Assembly: GCA_017460105.1 (NCBI GenBank)
Contig: JAFUBS010000005.1
Span: 17,111-49,110, forward strand
Length of the DNA: 32,000 bases
Direction of reading: 5' to 3'
From: Candidatus Saccharimonadota bacterium
GTDB lineage: Bacteria > Patescibacteriota > Saccharimonadia > Saccharimonadales > Saccharimonadaceae
The translations under genes and the position numbers were made by a program. The notes below the pieces were generated by a model. It did not search any database and was not told the DNA's origin. It worked only from the letters and a program-made list of their open reading frames with translations. Each line of letters starts with the position of its first letter. The stretch's first letter is position 1. Positions 1-9,446 of this stretch are shown here, piece after piece.

Positions 1-1065
1 AAGACCTTTTGGAGTACCAATTTTGACTGAAGCCTCGAGTGCCTTCTTGGCGAACAAATCAATGTCGCGCATTTTCGCACCGCCACCAGTAAGGATAATT
101 CCCTCTGGGAGGCGTTGGTCGTAATGAGCAGCTTTGAGTTTTTTGCGGATTTCACTAAAAATTTCATCGAGACGAGCTTCAACAACTGCATCAACTTCTT
201 TGCGATCAAAATTACGCTCGTTCTTCCCTTCTTTGCCAATTTTGATGACTGGAGATTTTTCAGAATAAAAGTCGCCGGTAACAAAACGAGTCTTAATCTC
301 CTCGGCCATGTCTGGATCTATAGCAAGGACAATGGCAAGGTCGTTGGTAATATTATTCGAGCCGGCCGGAACGACACCTACATATTGCAAGTCTCCCTCT
401 TCATAGACAGCAACGGAAGTAGTGGCGGCACCCATATCAATCACGGCGACGCCGTTTTCTTTTTGGCGGTCAGTGAGGACGGCTTTCGCGGCGGCGACCG
501 GGGCTGGAATTAGCTGTTGTGCGGTAACATCTGCCGCAGCGGTAGCTTTTCTTAAGTTTTCACAATTAGGGGTAAGAGCCGAAATGACATTGGCACGCAT
601 CTCTAATCTTGCACCAGACATACCGAGTGGATCTTTGATTCCACCTTGACCATCAAGAGCATATTCTAGTGGCACGACATCGAGCACGTCACGATTAGCC
701 GGAATGCGGCCAGAAACAGCAACGTCTTCTACGCGGTCCAAATCTCCGCCTTCGATTTCGTGCTCTACGGTACCAACGGCAATCATTCCTTCGGTGCGAG
801 TAGATAGTAGCTGCGAGCCATTAATAGAAACGTAGGCGCTTCTGACATCATAGCCGCCCATACGTTCGGCTTCGCCGAGCATTTTGTCGATAGCGCCGGC
901 GGGGCCAGCGAGATTGGCTGGGATGCCTTTGCGCATGCCTGCGGATTTGCCTTCATTGTAGCCGACGACAGCAACTTGGCCGTCTTTGTCGACAGTAGCG
1001 ATGACGGCACGGACATTCTCGGTGCCAACGTCAAGACCGGTAACAAAACGTTTATCGTTATCCAT
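1..1065 (-). CDS. ftsA: Cell division protein FtsA, N-terminal 355 codons (C-terminus lies beyond the window start)
   Basis: Absent from the ORF track because no stop lies in the window. My minus-strand translation from the ATG at comp. 1063-1065 gives MDNDKRFVTGLDVGTENVRAVIATVDKDGQVAVVGYNEGKSAGMRKGI...VIDMGAATTSVAVYEEG...IILTGGGAKMRDI. These are the actin-fold ATPase motifs typical of FtsA. The frame is open for all 355 codons, and the track ORFs at 115-513, 422-649 and 783-1046 are off-frame shadows. Confidence 0.9.
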   Translation of the reverse strand, partial: MDNDKRFVTGLDVGTENVRAVIATVDKDGQVAVVGYNEGKSAGMRKGIPANLAGPAGAIDKMLGEAERMGGYDVRSAYVSINGSQLLSTRTEGMIAVGTVEHEIEGGDLDRVEDVAVSGRIPANRDVLDVVPLEYALDGQGGIKDPLGMSGARLEMRANVISALTPNCENLRKATAAADVTAQQLIPAPVAAAKAVLTDRQKENGVAVIDMGAATTSVAVYEEGDLQYVGVVPAGSNNITNDLAIVLAIDPDMAEEIKTRFVTGDFYSEKSPVIKIGKEGKNERNFDRKEVDAVVEARLDEIFSEIRKKLKAAHYDQRLPEGIILTGGGAKMRDIDLFAKKALEASVKIGTPKGL

Positions 1066-1071
1066 GATGTT

Positions 1072-1080
1072 ATTATAGCA
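1072..1080 (-). promoter_or_regulatory. Candidate extended -10 promoter (TGCTATAAT) 6 nt upstream of the ftsA ATG, implying a leaderless or near-leaderless mRNA
   Basis: Plus-strand attatagca at 1072-1080 is TGCTATAAT on the minus strand. Only aacatc separates it from the ATG, which leaves no room for a Shine-Dalgarno. Confidence 0.4.
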
Positions 1081-1110
1081 TAAGTAAATGAATAAAGAAA
1101 ATTTTGCGAG

Positions 1111-3243
1111 TTATTTCAGGATGCAGCGGACAGTGATGGCGCGACTGCGGTTATCGTTGTCTGGAATTCTATAGTTGCCTTCGTTCGTCACGTTAATTGT
1201 GTAACGATAATCGGTGCTGTAATAATCTGAGGCCCAGACATACATGAAACTGCCGATGCCGTGAACGCCGCCGTTGCCGCTCCAATAGTTCCCTGACCAT
1301 AGAACGGAGAATTCACGTCTGAAATTAGAAGTGCCAGTCTTGTTATATAAATTAGTGTATTCATTAATAGTTGGGAGGCGCCAGCCAGATGGGCAAATGT
1401 CATTGCTGATACTGCCACTACCACTGCCAGAACCATAGCAATAGCTACCAGCCGATGCGGCGCAAAAATTGTAATAGACACCGACTTTGTTACTACCGCT
1501 ACCATACACTGTGGTCGTTGTATTGATTTGAGAATTTACAATATTCGGCACATTATAGGAACCTGCGCCAGAAGTAATTGCGCGAACGCCAGTAGAAGCG
1601 TTTGGTGCAGAGCCGCCACCGTTTTTGAGATACGTTAATATTTGGTCGGTCGCATTGGTTCTGCCTTTCAAAGATTCGAGTGAAACAGAAGTGAGATTCA
1701 GGCGAAGATTATCCTGCAGCCAACAACGTCCATCAGGAAGTTGTCTGACGAGATATTGATTGTTGTCGCGCGTGTCACGTGCGGTGGCGCCAGTAGTGGG
1801 ACAACGTCCAGATGGCAAGTTTTGCATCGACAGGATTTGTCCATTTGCATAGATAGTGGCATTAGACTGAGGCATGGTAAAGGTGGTGGAGGCAGCGGCG
1901 GTGTTGCCAAATGAACCGGTGGTACCAGCGGTCTGAGACCAGGCCAAGAATTCTCCCGTGCTGGTGTAGGTGGCCGAGACTGGGACTGCGACTCCCCATC
2001 TGTAGGTCCCGGCACCAGAAATTGAAGCAATATAGGTGGTGTTGTAGTTCATCGAAAGTGTATATGTGTTACGGTAGAGGTCTAGCGACAGGGTTTGATC
2101 GGTGGTAGCTTCGGCGATTGTAATTGTGGCCGCCGAGTCGTTGGCGGAGTCACCTCTGTAGCCGCTCATCGTTTTGGTGTAAGTATATGGGCTGCCATAG
2201 ACTATGATTTCAGGCTCTTCGACAATATACTCTCCCCACGTGCCACTAGCGGTTTCTAATCTATATTGCTTGGTAATTGTGACCGTATTCGCGCTCCACA
2301 TTGCGGTAAGATTTACGATATTAGAAGCTGTTTGGTCAATACTTATTGTGTCGCCCGCCTGGAAGACTTCACCATTACAAGTATCGACAAAGTTACTGGT
2401 AGTGACAGTGCCAAGACACCAACCATCAAATTCGTAGAGTGCCCTACTCGGAGCTGTGGACGGTAGCGCCACCGTAAGCTCTGGAGTAGAAGAAGTTATG
2501 GGCTCTGGGAAATTTTCTATCTCATCTGTAGTGTTAGGATTAAAACTAATTGAATAGCCAACTGGATTGCCGGTTGCGACCAGAATGAATGTTTTGGTGT
2601 ATTCACCAGACGCTTTGGTATAATCGGCGCGAGCACCGAGACCAATTGTGTAAGTATTGGCTTCGTTATTGGCGGAATCGGTGACGTCTAAGGTGGTAGC
2701 CGCAGTGGTTGGTGATGGCAGATACACTGCACCGTCGCCAGTATTGTCTATAATTGCATTGGTGGCTTCGTCTTGGTATCTGCTAGGCCTAAAGCCCCAT
2801 TTGCCATTGTTCTCGCTACTATTGAACGAATCTGCAGCGAGTGATGAGTCTATAGAAGCGAGCGAGTCGTTTGATTCGTTAACCAGTGTGCCATCATCAT
2901 TATCGGCGGATACGCCCAGGGTGTATCCGGTGTAGTTATCCGTGGTGATAGAAAATGTCGCTTCGTCCTCTGGTGCTGAAGAAACAAAAATGCCTTCGGC
3001 GTCTACATCCATACTAGTAGTGGTCGTATCGTGTGAAGTGCTGAGAGTGATGGTGGATTCTACGGGTTTGCCATCGGCAGCTAAGGAGCTATCGGTGGGA
3101 GTGTAGAGTGGAAATACTGTGGCGGCAAACACAAGTGGCAACAAGAAAGTAGCCAGAAGACCCGCACGGCTAATGAGCTTTGCGAGCGCAAAATAGCTAG
3201 ATAGACCTTTTTTCCTTGTTTGGTTTGGTATTTGTATTTGCAT
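1111..3243 (-). CDS. Secreted or anchored modular surface protein: N-terminal signal/anchor, conserved N-domain, Listeria-Bacteroides-type repeats and a C-terminal FISUMP (Fibrobacter succinogenes major paralogous, TIGR02145-like) domain
   Basis: The track ORF is 1111-3273 (720 aa). I prefer the internal ATG at comp. 3243 (MQIQIPNQTRKK...) because AAGGA lies 6 nt upstream. There is a hydrophobic helix, AGLLATFLLPLVFAATVF. The repeat pattern is YSISFNPN...YEFDGWCLG...LTAMW. The C-terminus reads TRDNNQYLVRQLPDGRCWLQDNL...GVYYNFCAASAGSYC...CPSGWRLPT...VRCILK, matching the FISUMP consensus as I recall it. Confidence 0.85.
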   Translation of the reverse strand: MQIQIPNQTRKKGLSSYFALAKLISRAGLLATFLLPLVFAATVFPLYTPTDSSLAADGKPVESTITLSTSHDTTTTSMDVDAEGIFVSSAPEDEATFSITTDNYTGYTLGVSADNDDGTLVNESNDSLASIDSSLAADSFNSSENNGKWGFRPSRYQDEATNAIIDNTGDGAVYLPSPTTAATTLDVTDSANNEANTYTIGLGARADYTKASGEYTKTFILVATGNPVGYSISFNPNTTDEIENFPEPITSSTPELTVALPSTAPSRALYEFDGWCLGTVTTSNFVDTCNGEVFQAGDTISIDQTASNIVNLTAMWSANTVTITKQYRLETASGTWGEYIVEEPEIIVYGSPYTYTKTMSGYRGDSANDSAATITIAEATTDQTLSLDLYRNTYTLSMNYNTTYIASISGAGTYRWGVAVPVSATYTSTGEFLAWSQTAGTTGSFGNTAAASTTFTMPQSNATIYANGQILSMQNLPSGRCPTTGATARDTRDNNQYLVRQLPDGRCWLQDNLRLNLTSVSLESLKGRTNATDQILTYLKNGGGSAPNASTGVRAITSGAGSYNVPNIVNSQINTTTTVYGSGSNKVGVYYNFCAASAGSYCYGSGSGSGSISNDICPSGWRLPTINEYTNLYNKTGTSNFRREFSVLWSGNYWSGNGGVHGIGSFMYVWASDYYSTDYRYTINVTNEGNYRIPDNDNRSRAITVRCILK

Positions 3244-3375
3244 GTTATGTCCTTTTATCAAAGACATAGCCAAATGTGCATGATTCTACTTATAATCTAT
3301 AATAGCATAATAATTATAAAAAACAATAGCAAAATCGGACAATTTTACATTTTGTCAAATAAATGTCTGCTGCGA

Positions 3376-4155
3376 TTAGTCGTCGGCGAGGGTTAGCACT
3401 TCGTAGCCGTCGTGAGTGACAAGAATGGTATGCTCGCAGTGGCAGCCGATGGAGCCGTCTTTCATTTTTACCGACCAGTTATCGTCTTTGTCTACGTAAT
3501 TGGCTGGTTTGCCGAGGCAAGACATGGGCTCAATAGCGATGGTGTCGCCTTCGACAAGTTTGTAGCCGTGACCTTTGCGACCGTAGTTCGGTACTTCGGG
3601 CTTGTCGTGCATTTCTTTGTCGATGCCGTGACCGACATAATTCTCAATCACGCCGAGGTGGCCTTTTCTTAATACCGCCTCTACGGCGTGGCCGATGTCA
3701 CCAATGTGGGCGCCGGGCTTTACTTGCTCGATTCCCTCCCAGAGGGATGATTCGGTGACGGAAATCATTTTCTTGACGGCTGGAGAACCTTCGCCGCCAA
3801 CAAGCATCGTGAAAGCGGAGTCGGTGTGGTAGCCCTTGTAATAAATCACAAGGTCAAAGGAGACTTTGTCGCCGACCTCTAGGACTTCGTCGCTCGGTGC
3901 GCCGTGGACGAGCTGGTCGTTAATAGAAATACAGATAGAGCCTGGGAATTCCTCGTCCAACATGTCGTAAGAAACTTTGGCACCGCGTTTCACAATTTCT
4001 GAGCGAACCCAAGCATCAATTTCCTTCCCTGTCATGCCGGGCTGGACGTAAGCCTTGAGATCTTTTAAGAGATTGCCAAGAATCTTGCCGCCTTCGCGCA
4101 TGGCGGTGATTTTCTCGGCAAGTTTTTCTTTGGAGCTATTGTTGATATTAATCAT
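3376..4155 (-). CDS. map: Methionine aminopeptidase, type I
   Basis: MININNSSKEKLAEKITAMREGGKILG...FDLVIYYKGYHTDSAFT...YVGHGID...IAIEPM...CHCEHTILVT carries the MetAP metal-ligand motifs. I chose the start at comp. 4155, which is 1 nt after the adk stop with GGAGA upstream. The longer track ORF (to 4269) would overlap adk out of frame. Confidence 0.9.
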   Translation of the reverse strand: MININNSSKEKLAEKITAMREGGKILGNLLKDLKAYVQPGMTGKEIDAWVRSEIVKRGAKVSYDMLDEEFPGSICISINDQLVHGAPSDEVLEVGDKVSFDLVIYYKGYHTDSAFTMLVGGEGSPAVKKMISVTESSLWEGIEQVKPGAHIGDIGHAVEAVLRKGHLGVIENYVGHGIDKEMHDKPEVPNYGRKGHGYKLVEGDTIAIEPMSCLGKPANYVDKDDNWSVKMKDGSIGCHCEHTILVTHDGYEVLTLADD

Positions 4156-4156
4156 A

Positions 4157-4750
4157 TTATTCTCCGTAACTCTTCTCGATCTCGCCACCGTTGACGTCAG
4201 AACTCTGCATGGTGGCGTTCGGGCAAAATCTCTTAACCGTGGCAAGGAGGCGTCCAGTGACCGTGCCAATCTCGCCGACGCCGTCGATGCGCTCTACTGG
4301 GATATTGTGAGCCTCGAGCAGGGGCAGAATTTCACCGATGTTCGTCTCGAAAATCTCAAAGCGACGGTCGATGGACTCACGCTCTTTGTCGTCATCGCGA
4401 CCACGGAGAGCGAGGCGCTCGTAGAGCTCGTCTTTCGGGACTTCTAGGATGATGGCGCCGTCTATCTTGTCGGCCATGTGGTCTACGATATACTCGGCCT
4501 GGACCTTGGTGCGTGGATAACCATCCAAGATGACATCGAAGCCTTCGTCTTCGGCCTTACTAATCTGCCGGTTCATGAGGTCAATCACTGCCTCGTCTGG
4601 GACGAGCTTGCCTGTATTGGTGAAATCCTGAAATTCGCCAGTATCGCGTAACGCCTGCCCGACAGACAATGTACGCCAGCCGAGCATCTCGGACAAGGCT
4701 TTGCCCTGAGTACCTTTGCCAGAACCAGCGAGACCAAATAAAATAATCAT
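4157..4750 (-). CDS. adk: Adenylate kinase (short form)
   Basis: MIILFGLAGSGKGTQGKALSEMLGW... has the P-loop GxxGxGKGT, followed by ...ILDGYPRT...RGRDDD. AAGGAG lies upstream of the ATG, and adk-map adjacency is common. Confidence 0.92.
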   Translation of the reverse strand: MIILFGLAGSGKGTQGKALSEMLGWRTLSVGQALRDTGEFQDFTNTGKLVPDEAVIDLMNRQISKAEDEGFDVILDGYPRTKVQAEYIVDHMADKIDGAIILEVPKDELYERLALRGRDDDKERESIDRRFEIFETNIGEILPLLEAHNIPVERIDGVGEIGTVTGRLLATVKRFCPNATMQSSDVNGGEIEKSYGE

Positions 4751-4782
4751 ATAAAAATAACTCCTTTATTATATTATACAAT

Positions 4783-4806
4783 AAATCTCCCCTTACGGGG
4801 AGATTT
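4783..4806 (-). terminator. Rho-independent terminator downstream of rpsU
   Basis: Perfect 10-bp stem aaatctcccc/ggggagattt with a ttac loop. On the minus strand a T-rich tract follows (atttattgt). It overlaps the rpsU stop and precedes the adk promoter-like ttgtataat. Confidence 0.6.
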
Positions 4807-5024
4807 TATTTAAGTCCTAGTTTGATGCGTTCGGTCTTTTCGGCCTTGCGTGCCTCGCGGATGATAGCCTTCAAACGGCGCTCGCGCTTGGAGATAGGCT
4901 TCTCGAAACGCATTTGCGACTTCTTCAAAGGCATAATGCCGCTCTGGAGGACTTTGCGGTTGAAACGACGGATGATATTCTCGTTCGCCTCGCCCTGGTC
5001 TTTTCTTGTAACTTTAATTGACAT
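4806..5024 (-). CDS. rpsU: 30S ribosomal protein S21
   Basis: MSIKVTRKDQGEANENIIRRFNRKVLQSGIMPLKKSQMRFEKPISKRERRLKAI... has the size (72 aa) and basic sequence pattern of S21. Confidence 0.92.
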   Translation of the reverse strand: MSIKVTRKDQGEANENIIRRFNRKVLQSGIMPLKKSQMRFEKPISKRERRLKAIIREARKAEKTERIKLGLK

Positions 5025-5033
5025 ATTGGTGAC

Positions 5034-5042
5034 ATTATAGCA
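5034..5042 (-). promoter_or_regulatory. Candidate extended -10 promoter (TGCTATAAT) 9 nt upstream of the rpsU ATG
   Basis: Plus-strand attatagca at 5034-5042 is TGCTATAAT on the minus strand. No SD-like purine tract lies between it and the ATG at comp. 5024. Confidence 0.4.
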
Positions 5043-5087
5043 CAGATTGAGAGATGGTGCAAGAGGAGTTCGCTACTGCCGGTTGTT

Positions 5088-6005
5088 TTATTCTCTGCCG
5101 GGTGATATGCGGTAGTATTCCAGGAGTTTGCGGAATTTGTCCTGTCCGGCGCGACAGGTATCTAGTAGATATCCTGGTTCGGTCTTCCACTCCTTCAGGC
5201 CGCGATAATAGAATAGTTTAAGTTCTTCGTCTATAATAAACGGAATAATGTTAAGCCGTAGGCATTCTTTGAAAAGAATTAGCCTCCCGACCCGACCATT
5301 GCCGTCCTGGAATGGATGGATGCGTTCAAATTGATAATGAAACTCTAGTAAATCTTGTAAATCCAGGACCTTACGTGCTTGGTATCGTTTAATTAAGGCT
5401 TGCATTTCGTCCGCAACCTTCTCTGGTGGAGTCGTCTCTAGTCCACCGACGGTGTTCGGCATTTTCTTATATTGGCCGACGTTGAACCAATCTAATAGCG
5501 AGTCACTGGTACCATTCTTGAGAATAAAATGCAGGCGCTTGATCATGTGCTCGTTGACCTTGCGGTTGGCGTTATCTATAATGTAGTCGATACAGCGAAA
5601 ATGGTTAGATGTTTCTACGATATCGTCGGTGCGGATACCTTCGTATTTGGCGAGAGCACTTACGGTGTGAGTTTCAAAAATATAGCGCGTCTGGTCTTCG
5701 GTGAGACGGCTGCCTTCGATGTGGTTGGAGTTATAGGTGAGATCAATCTGAACCTGATGATAAATGCCTCCTTTAATTTGGAGTTTATTTTCGCGCCGTA
5801 AAATGTCTAGTAAAGTCAGCGTCGGTTCGTCTTTTTGGTTCGCTCGTTCGGGCTTCTTGGCTTCGGCAGGAATCTGCCAGATGCCGCCTAGGCATACTGC
5901 ACCTTGGACCCGCCCTTCTGCGCAGTAGTTGCGTACGCTACGCTCTGAAATATTCCAAAGTGTTGCGATTTCGTCTACGGTTAAGTAGTTTTGTTTATTT
6001 ACCAT
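5088..6005 (-). CDS. Fic family protein (AMPylase-type) with an N-terminal HTH
   Basis: Fic motif HPFQDGNGRVGRLI (HxFx[D/E]GNGRxxR). The N-terminus LTVDEIATLWNISERSVRNYCAEGRV resembles a MerR/excisionase-type HTH. Confidence 0.88.
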   Translation of the reverse strand: MVNKQNYLTVDEIATLWNISERSVRNYCAEGRVQGAVCLGGIWQIPAEAKKPERANQKDEPTLTLLDILRRENKLQIKGGIYHQVQIDLTYNSNHIEGSRLTEDQTRYIFETHTVSALAKYEGIRTDDIVETSNHFRCIDYIIDNANRKVNEHMIKRLHFILKNGTSDSLLDWFNVGQYKKMPNTVGGLETTPPEKVADEMQALIKRYQARKVLDLQDLLEFHYQFERIHPFQDGNGRVGRLILFKECLRLNIIPFIIDEELKLFYYRGLKEWKTEPGYLLDTCRAGQDKFRKLLEYYRISPGRE

Positions 6006-6011
6006 AAACCC

Positions 6012-6021
6012 ATTATATCAT
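6012..6021 (-). promoter_or_regulatory. Candidate extended -10 promoter (ATGATATAAT) 6 nt upstream of the fic ATG
   Basis: Plus-strand attatatcat at 6012-6021 is ATGATATAAT on the minus strand. Only gggttt separates it from the ATG. An inverted repeat cggcaaaaa...tttttgccg (6028-6075) lies just upstream and may terminate the preceding gene. Confidence 0.4.
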
Positions 6022-6106
6022 CTGTAACGGCAAAAATCAAGTGGAGAAAATAATTTCTGGTGAGGTTTTTGCCGAGGGTTATTTAAGGGTACAGTTCATG
6101 AAACTA

Positions 6107-6963
6107 CTAGAGCAAGCAACGCACTGAATTACCGAAGTTGCGACTGCCGCCACTATGGGGGAACACATCGGACGAATACACGCCGAGATAGTACATACTG
6201 CCGTCATTGCTCCTCGCAGAAGACCAGAAGTAGCCGCTGGAGCCCTGAACGCTGGCCGAGCCATCGTAGAAGCTGCCAGAGAGAGGCGTGGACAGGGCAG
6301 TTTTGAGGTTAGTTGCGTCACTACTATATGCTGTATATAGTGCTTGGTATTCTCCGCTGCTACCACCAGTAGGCATGCGCCAGCCTGCAGGGCAAATATC
6401 TTCTTCTGCATTACCAGATGAAGTGCCTTCACTTTTGCCATTACCGTAACAGTATGAGCCTGCGGATGCTGCGCAGTAGTTATAATAGACGCCTATCTTG
6501 CCAGAACCGGAGCCATATTTTACACTCGCCACAGTATCTTTCGTCCAACCATTACCACTAGATACTGTCATCGGAATACTATAGTAGTTTTGCGAAGAAC
6601 TAGTCCAGGCTACATTGTTGATTTTAGCCGTAGGATACTTGTCCGAAGTAGTGCCACCACCATTCTTCATGTAGTTTAGTGATGTGGCTGAAGCGTTGGT
6701 GTTGCTTGCTGTAGTGTTATTAAGAACAGTAGTATTCCCGAGGTCTAGGCGGAGGTTATCCAGCATCCAGCATTTATTATCTGCTAGTTTACCCACTAGA
6801 TAAACTTCATTATCACGAGTATCGTAGACTTGATCAGTGTCACCTACTGCTAGGCTAGAACAACCAGTCCAGTTTTGCATTGGTTGCATGACTTTACTTG
6901 TGATATTAATAGTAGCAGCACCTGCACCTACGGTGAACTCTTTGCCGTTTAGTGTACCTGCGC
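6107..6963 (-). pseudogene. C-terminal 283 codons (FISUMP domain) of a surface-protein gene disrupted by island insertion
   Basis: The track ORF 6107-6889 (260 aa) has no signal peptide. The frame stays open 23 more codons upstream (GTLNGKEFTVGAGAATINITSKV) to the TGCGC core, then hits TAA at comp. 6977-6979 inside island DNA. FISUMP pattern: DTRDNEVYLVGKLADNKCWMLDNL...GVYYNYCAASAGSYC...CPAGWRMPT...VRCLL. Confidence 0.75.
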
Positions 6964-7266
6964 GTAATCTAAATCTTTACGAACCTCTCTGTAATACAAT
7001 TGATTACATAATTTCGCATTCGGACTACCGCCCCACCTATATTCTAGTCGAAAGCAATATAATTGTCAATGAGCGAGATTTTATATATTAGGGCTATGAC
7101 AGCCAATGCATTTACGAACCAGTAATACAAAAATAAGTGAATAATGCTAAGTAGGACAACCTAACACCATCATTGTCATCGTAAAAGCTCTCTTTAGAGC
7201 TTCCATTGTCAATGTTATAATGGGAATAATACCGCTTTAAGCGCATCCCTAAGAGAAAAGGGCAAT

Positions 7267-7707
7267 ATGGTAAAAAGCCGTATCTACAAGAAGCCAAAGA
7301 ATGGCGGACCGATAGAAGTCACCGCAAGGCAACTAACCGAATTATACGAAAAACACGAAGGTATACTCACCTCGCGTCAATATAATGACTTAAAAGAAAT
7401 GGTGCTCGTCGATTCGAGCGTTCGTGATGCTAAATGGGCGCTTAGGGAGTTTGATGACGAGACTTTGCTTGGAACTTGGGACAAAGAAATGCGCTATGGC
7501 TACGGAAAACGCATTTATATTCACTTAGACCGCGAAGACGAGGATAAATATTATTTCTCTCTCGCCTATATCCCACGTGCCCTAAATAACCGCGACGTAA
7601 ACGAGGCGATTTTGCGCATGTATTTTGTCCGGCGTTGGTCGGTTGAGAAGCGCTTTTTGTGGGCGGAACCAATCGATATTACGCCGAGCTATGGTAACGA
7701 TTTTTAG
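7267..7707 (+). CDS. Hypothetical protein (146 aa), first gene inside attL
   Basis: An ORF with balanced, charged composition (MVKSRIYKKPKNGGPIEVTARQLTELYEKHEG...). An extended -10, TGTTATAAT, lies at 7213-7221. I recognise no family. Confidence 0.55.
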   Translation: MVKSRIYKKPKNGGPIEVTARQLTELYEKHEGILTSRQYNDLKEMVLVDSSVRDAKWALREFDDETLLGTWDKEMRYGYGKRIYIHLDREDEDKYYFSLAYIPRALNNRDVNEAILRMYFVRRWSVEKRFLWAEPIDITPSYGNDF

Positions 7708-7828
7708 AAAATAAAACTACAATAAGTCAATGGAGGGTATCCACTTGATCACAAACGGTGTTTCGGTCTGTTTCGTGCATAAAACAGGGGTAGAAATTTT
7801 TCTTGACGAGAAATGGTGAGATATGTTA

Positions 7829-8818
7829 TTATTTACCGTTAATTTTGGCTTCAATTTCAGCAAGTTCAGTTATCAAATCATCAAAATCTGGACGTTCACC
7901 ATAAATCATGCCTGCCATCTTTGAATAATCACGCTTTAAAGCTTCCTTGTGAATATTAGACGGAATAAGTTTGAGCGAACCGATTCTGGCTGAGTCATAC
8001 TCTGCCCATTTTCGCGGATAAAACTTAGCTTTAAAATCAGCAACTTGCTTTAGCAAATCAGATTGAGCTAGAGCCTTATCGAGCACGCCAAGTTTCGCCA
8101 TGCGATAAATGTCGTAATAATGACGCGATATTCTCGGAGGGACAGGCAAATCATCTGGGCGGTTAGCTTCGTGATGCAAGATTGTTGCCTTCTCCCAGAA
8201 AGTGCGTTCTGGTGTAGTGGTGCGGACCGAAACGGAAGCATCACTGAACTGCGCTGGATAGACCTCAGCGATATACGGTCGGATAGTGGAGGCTTCAGTG
8301 GGCGTCCAAGCCGCTTTGGCGCCGATTTCAAGCCGAATTACGTGCAGAATAGACTCATCTGCATAATCATTCCCATACCCGACGATAACCGCATCATCAT
8401 CGTAGCCGATATTGATGCCGCGATTTATAAGATTTGTAAGATCTTCCTTGAGTTTAGGAATGAATGTGGATCTTAAAAATTTCTCAGTCTTTACATCGAA
8501 TTCCTTATTTAGCGCATCCTGTTTTGTATTCGAGCGGTTCTCTAGTGGTTCTTTCGTTCCAAAACCAATCGCGCGCCAATCTAAAATTAAATCAATATCT
8601 TCGGAAAAACGCTCGATGAGATTAAAAGCCTTAGATAAACTCGTGCCGCCTTTAAAAGCAAGATTATCTTTCCACGGGCTTTTAGTAAAAAGATAGTCGA
8701 GGATAGCACAAACGAAGAGGTCTTTTTCGATAATGGCAGGACTTAAATTTTTAGCTTCAGAAACTTTTCCAATGATTATTGATAATTCATCCTTCGGAAG
8801 ATTTACTAGATCATACAT
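7829..8818 (-). CDS. abiEii: AbiEii/AbiGii-family nucleotidyltransferase toxin (type IV TA / abortive infection)
   Basis: N-terminus ...IIEKDLFVCAILDYLF...LAFKGGTSLSKAFNLIERFSEDIDLILDW carries the NTase G-S...DxD motif and layout typical of DUF1814/AbiEii. It lies 1 nt downstream of its partner gene. Confidence 0.85.
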   Translation of the reverse strand: MYDLVNLPKDELSIIIGKVSEAKNLSPAIIEKDLFVCAILDYLFTKSPWKDNLAFKGGTSLSKAFNLIERFSEDIDLILDWRAIGFGTKEPLENRSNTKQDALNKEFDVKTEKFLRSTFIPKLKEDLTNLINRGINIGYDDDAVIVGYGNDYADESILHVIRLEIGAKAAWTPTEASTIRPYIAEVYPAQFSDASVSVRTTTPERTFWEKATILHHEANRPDDLPVPPRISRHYYDIYRMAKLGVLDKALAQSDLLKQVADFKAKFYPRKWAEYDSARIGSLKLIPSNIHKEALKRDYSKMAGMIYGERPDFDDLITELAEIEAKINGK

Positions 8819-8819
8819 C

Positions 8820-9419
8820 TTAAACCTCGCAAATCTTCTTTATTACTTCGTAAATCCAATTCGTAGTAGGCTTTGCTTCGGCTAGTAGTTTCTCTTTTTC
8901 CGCAACCGAAGTTTTTCCAGCTAACTGCTCAATAATATCTTTCGAGACATGCTTAGGCCCCAAAGCCTTAATAGCCTGTATGATAAGCATTGTTTTTCTC
9001 GACATACCATTTAGTTCTCGATCTGCACGGTGGATAAAGTTGATGGAACGATTATCGATTTGATAGCTTTTCGAGTCGCCACTGCTAAGATATTCCCACT
9101 TTGCTGGAACTTGCGTTGAAAGGCCGAGTAAGTTTAAGGCCGTATTGCCGTCTGGAGCGATAGTCCAGTTATTCTTGCGTGCGATTGTCTCAGCAACAGC
9201 ATTAATGTCTGGCGCTGAATTTTCCTGTAGGATTTCAGAAAAAGCTGGTTTATCGTAAATACCGGGTAAAATTCGACGAATCTTACCTTCGCCTTCGAGA
9301 CGAGAAAAGATTTGACGAAGATTATTATCTGCTGTTATATCAGCAAAATCAGAGGTCGTGAAAACACTACCGTCTGGCATATCTATAATTCTTTTTTCAG
9401 CTAATTCGTGATTGCTCAT
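8820..9419 (-). CDS. abiEi: AbiEi-like antitoxin / transcriptional regulator (winged-HTH N-terminal domain)
   Basis: VFTTSDFADITADNNLRQIFSRLEGEGKIRRILPGIYDKP matches the AbiEi_4-type N-terminal pattern (...L.rL...G.i.ri..GiY). The gene is immediately upstream of abiEii, with AAGGAG before the ATG. Confidence 0.75.
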   Translation of the reverse strand: MSNHELAEKRIIDMPDGSVFTTSDFADITADNNLRQIFSRLEGEGKIRRILPGIYDKPAFSEILQENSAPDINAVAETIARKNNWTIAPDGNTALNLLGLSTQVPAKWEYLSSGDSKSYQIDNRSINFIHRADRELNGMSRKTMLIIQAIKALGPKHVSKDIIEQLAGKTSVAEKEKLLAEAKPTTNWIYEVIKKICEV

Positions 9420-9446
9420 ATTTTTCTCCTTAAATCCATTATACTC

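Noticed and set aside
115-1046. Track ORFs 115-513 (+), 422-649 (+) and 783-1046 (-) as genes
   Set aside because: All lie inside the uninterrupted 355-codon FtsA frame on the minus strand. They are opposite-strand or off-frame shadows with no recognisable motifs.
5088-6005. Fic gene as part of the island
   Set aside because: It lies outside attL, downstream (on the minus strand) of the disrupted gene's C-terminal fragment, with its own promoter. Its composition is host-like.
6837-7091. Plus-strand 84-aa ORF spanning the left island junction as an independent gene
   Set aside because: It runs antisense to the surface-protein fragment for its first third and has no RBS or promoter. I note it only because its frame lines up with the recombinase frame in the hypothetical circular form.
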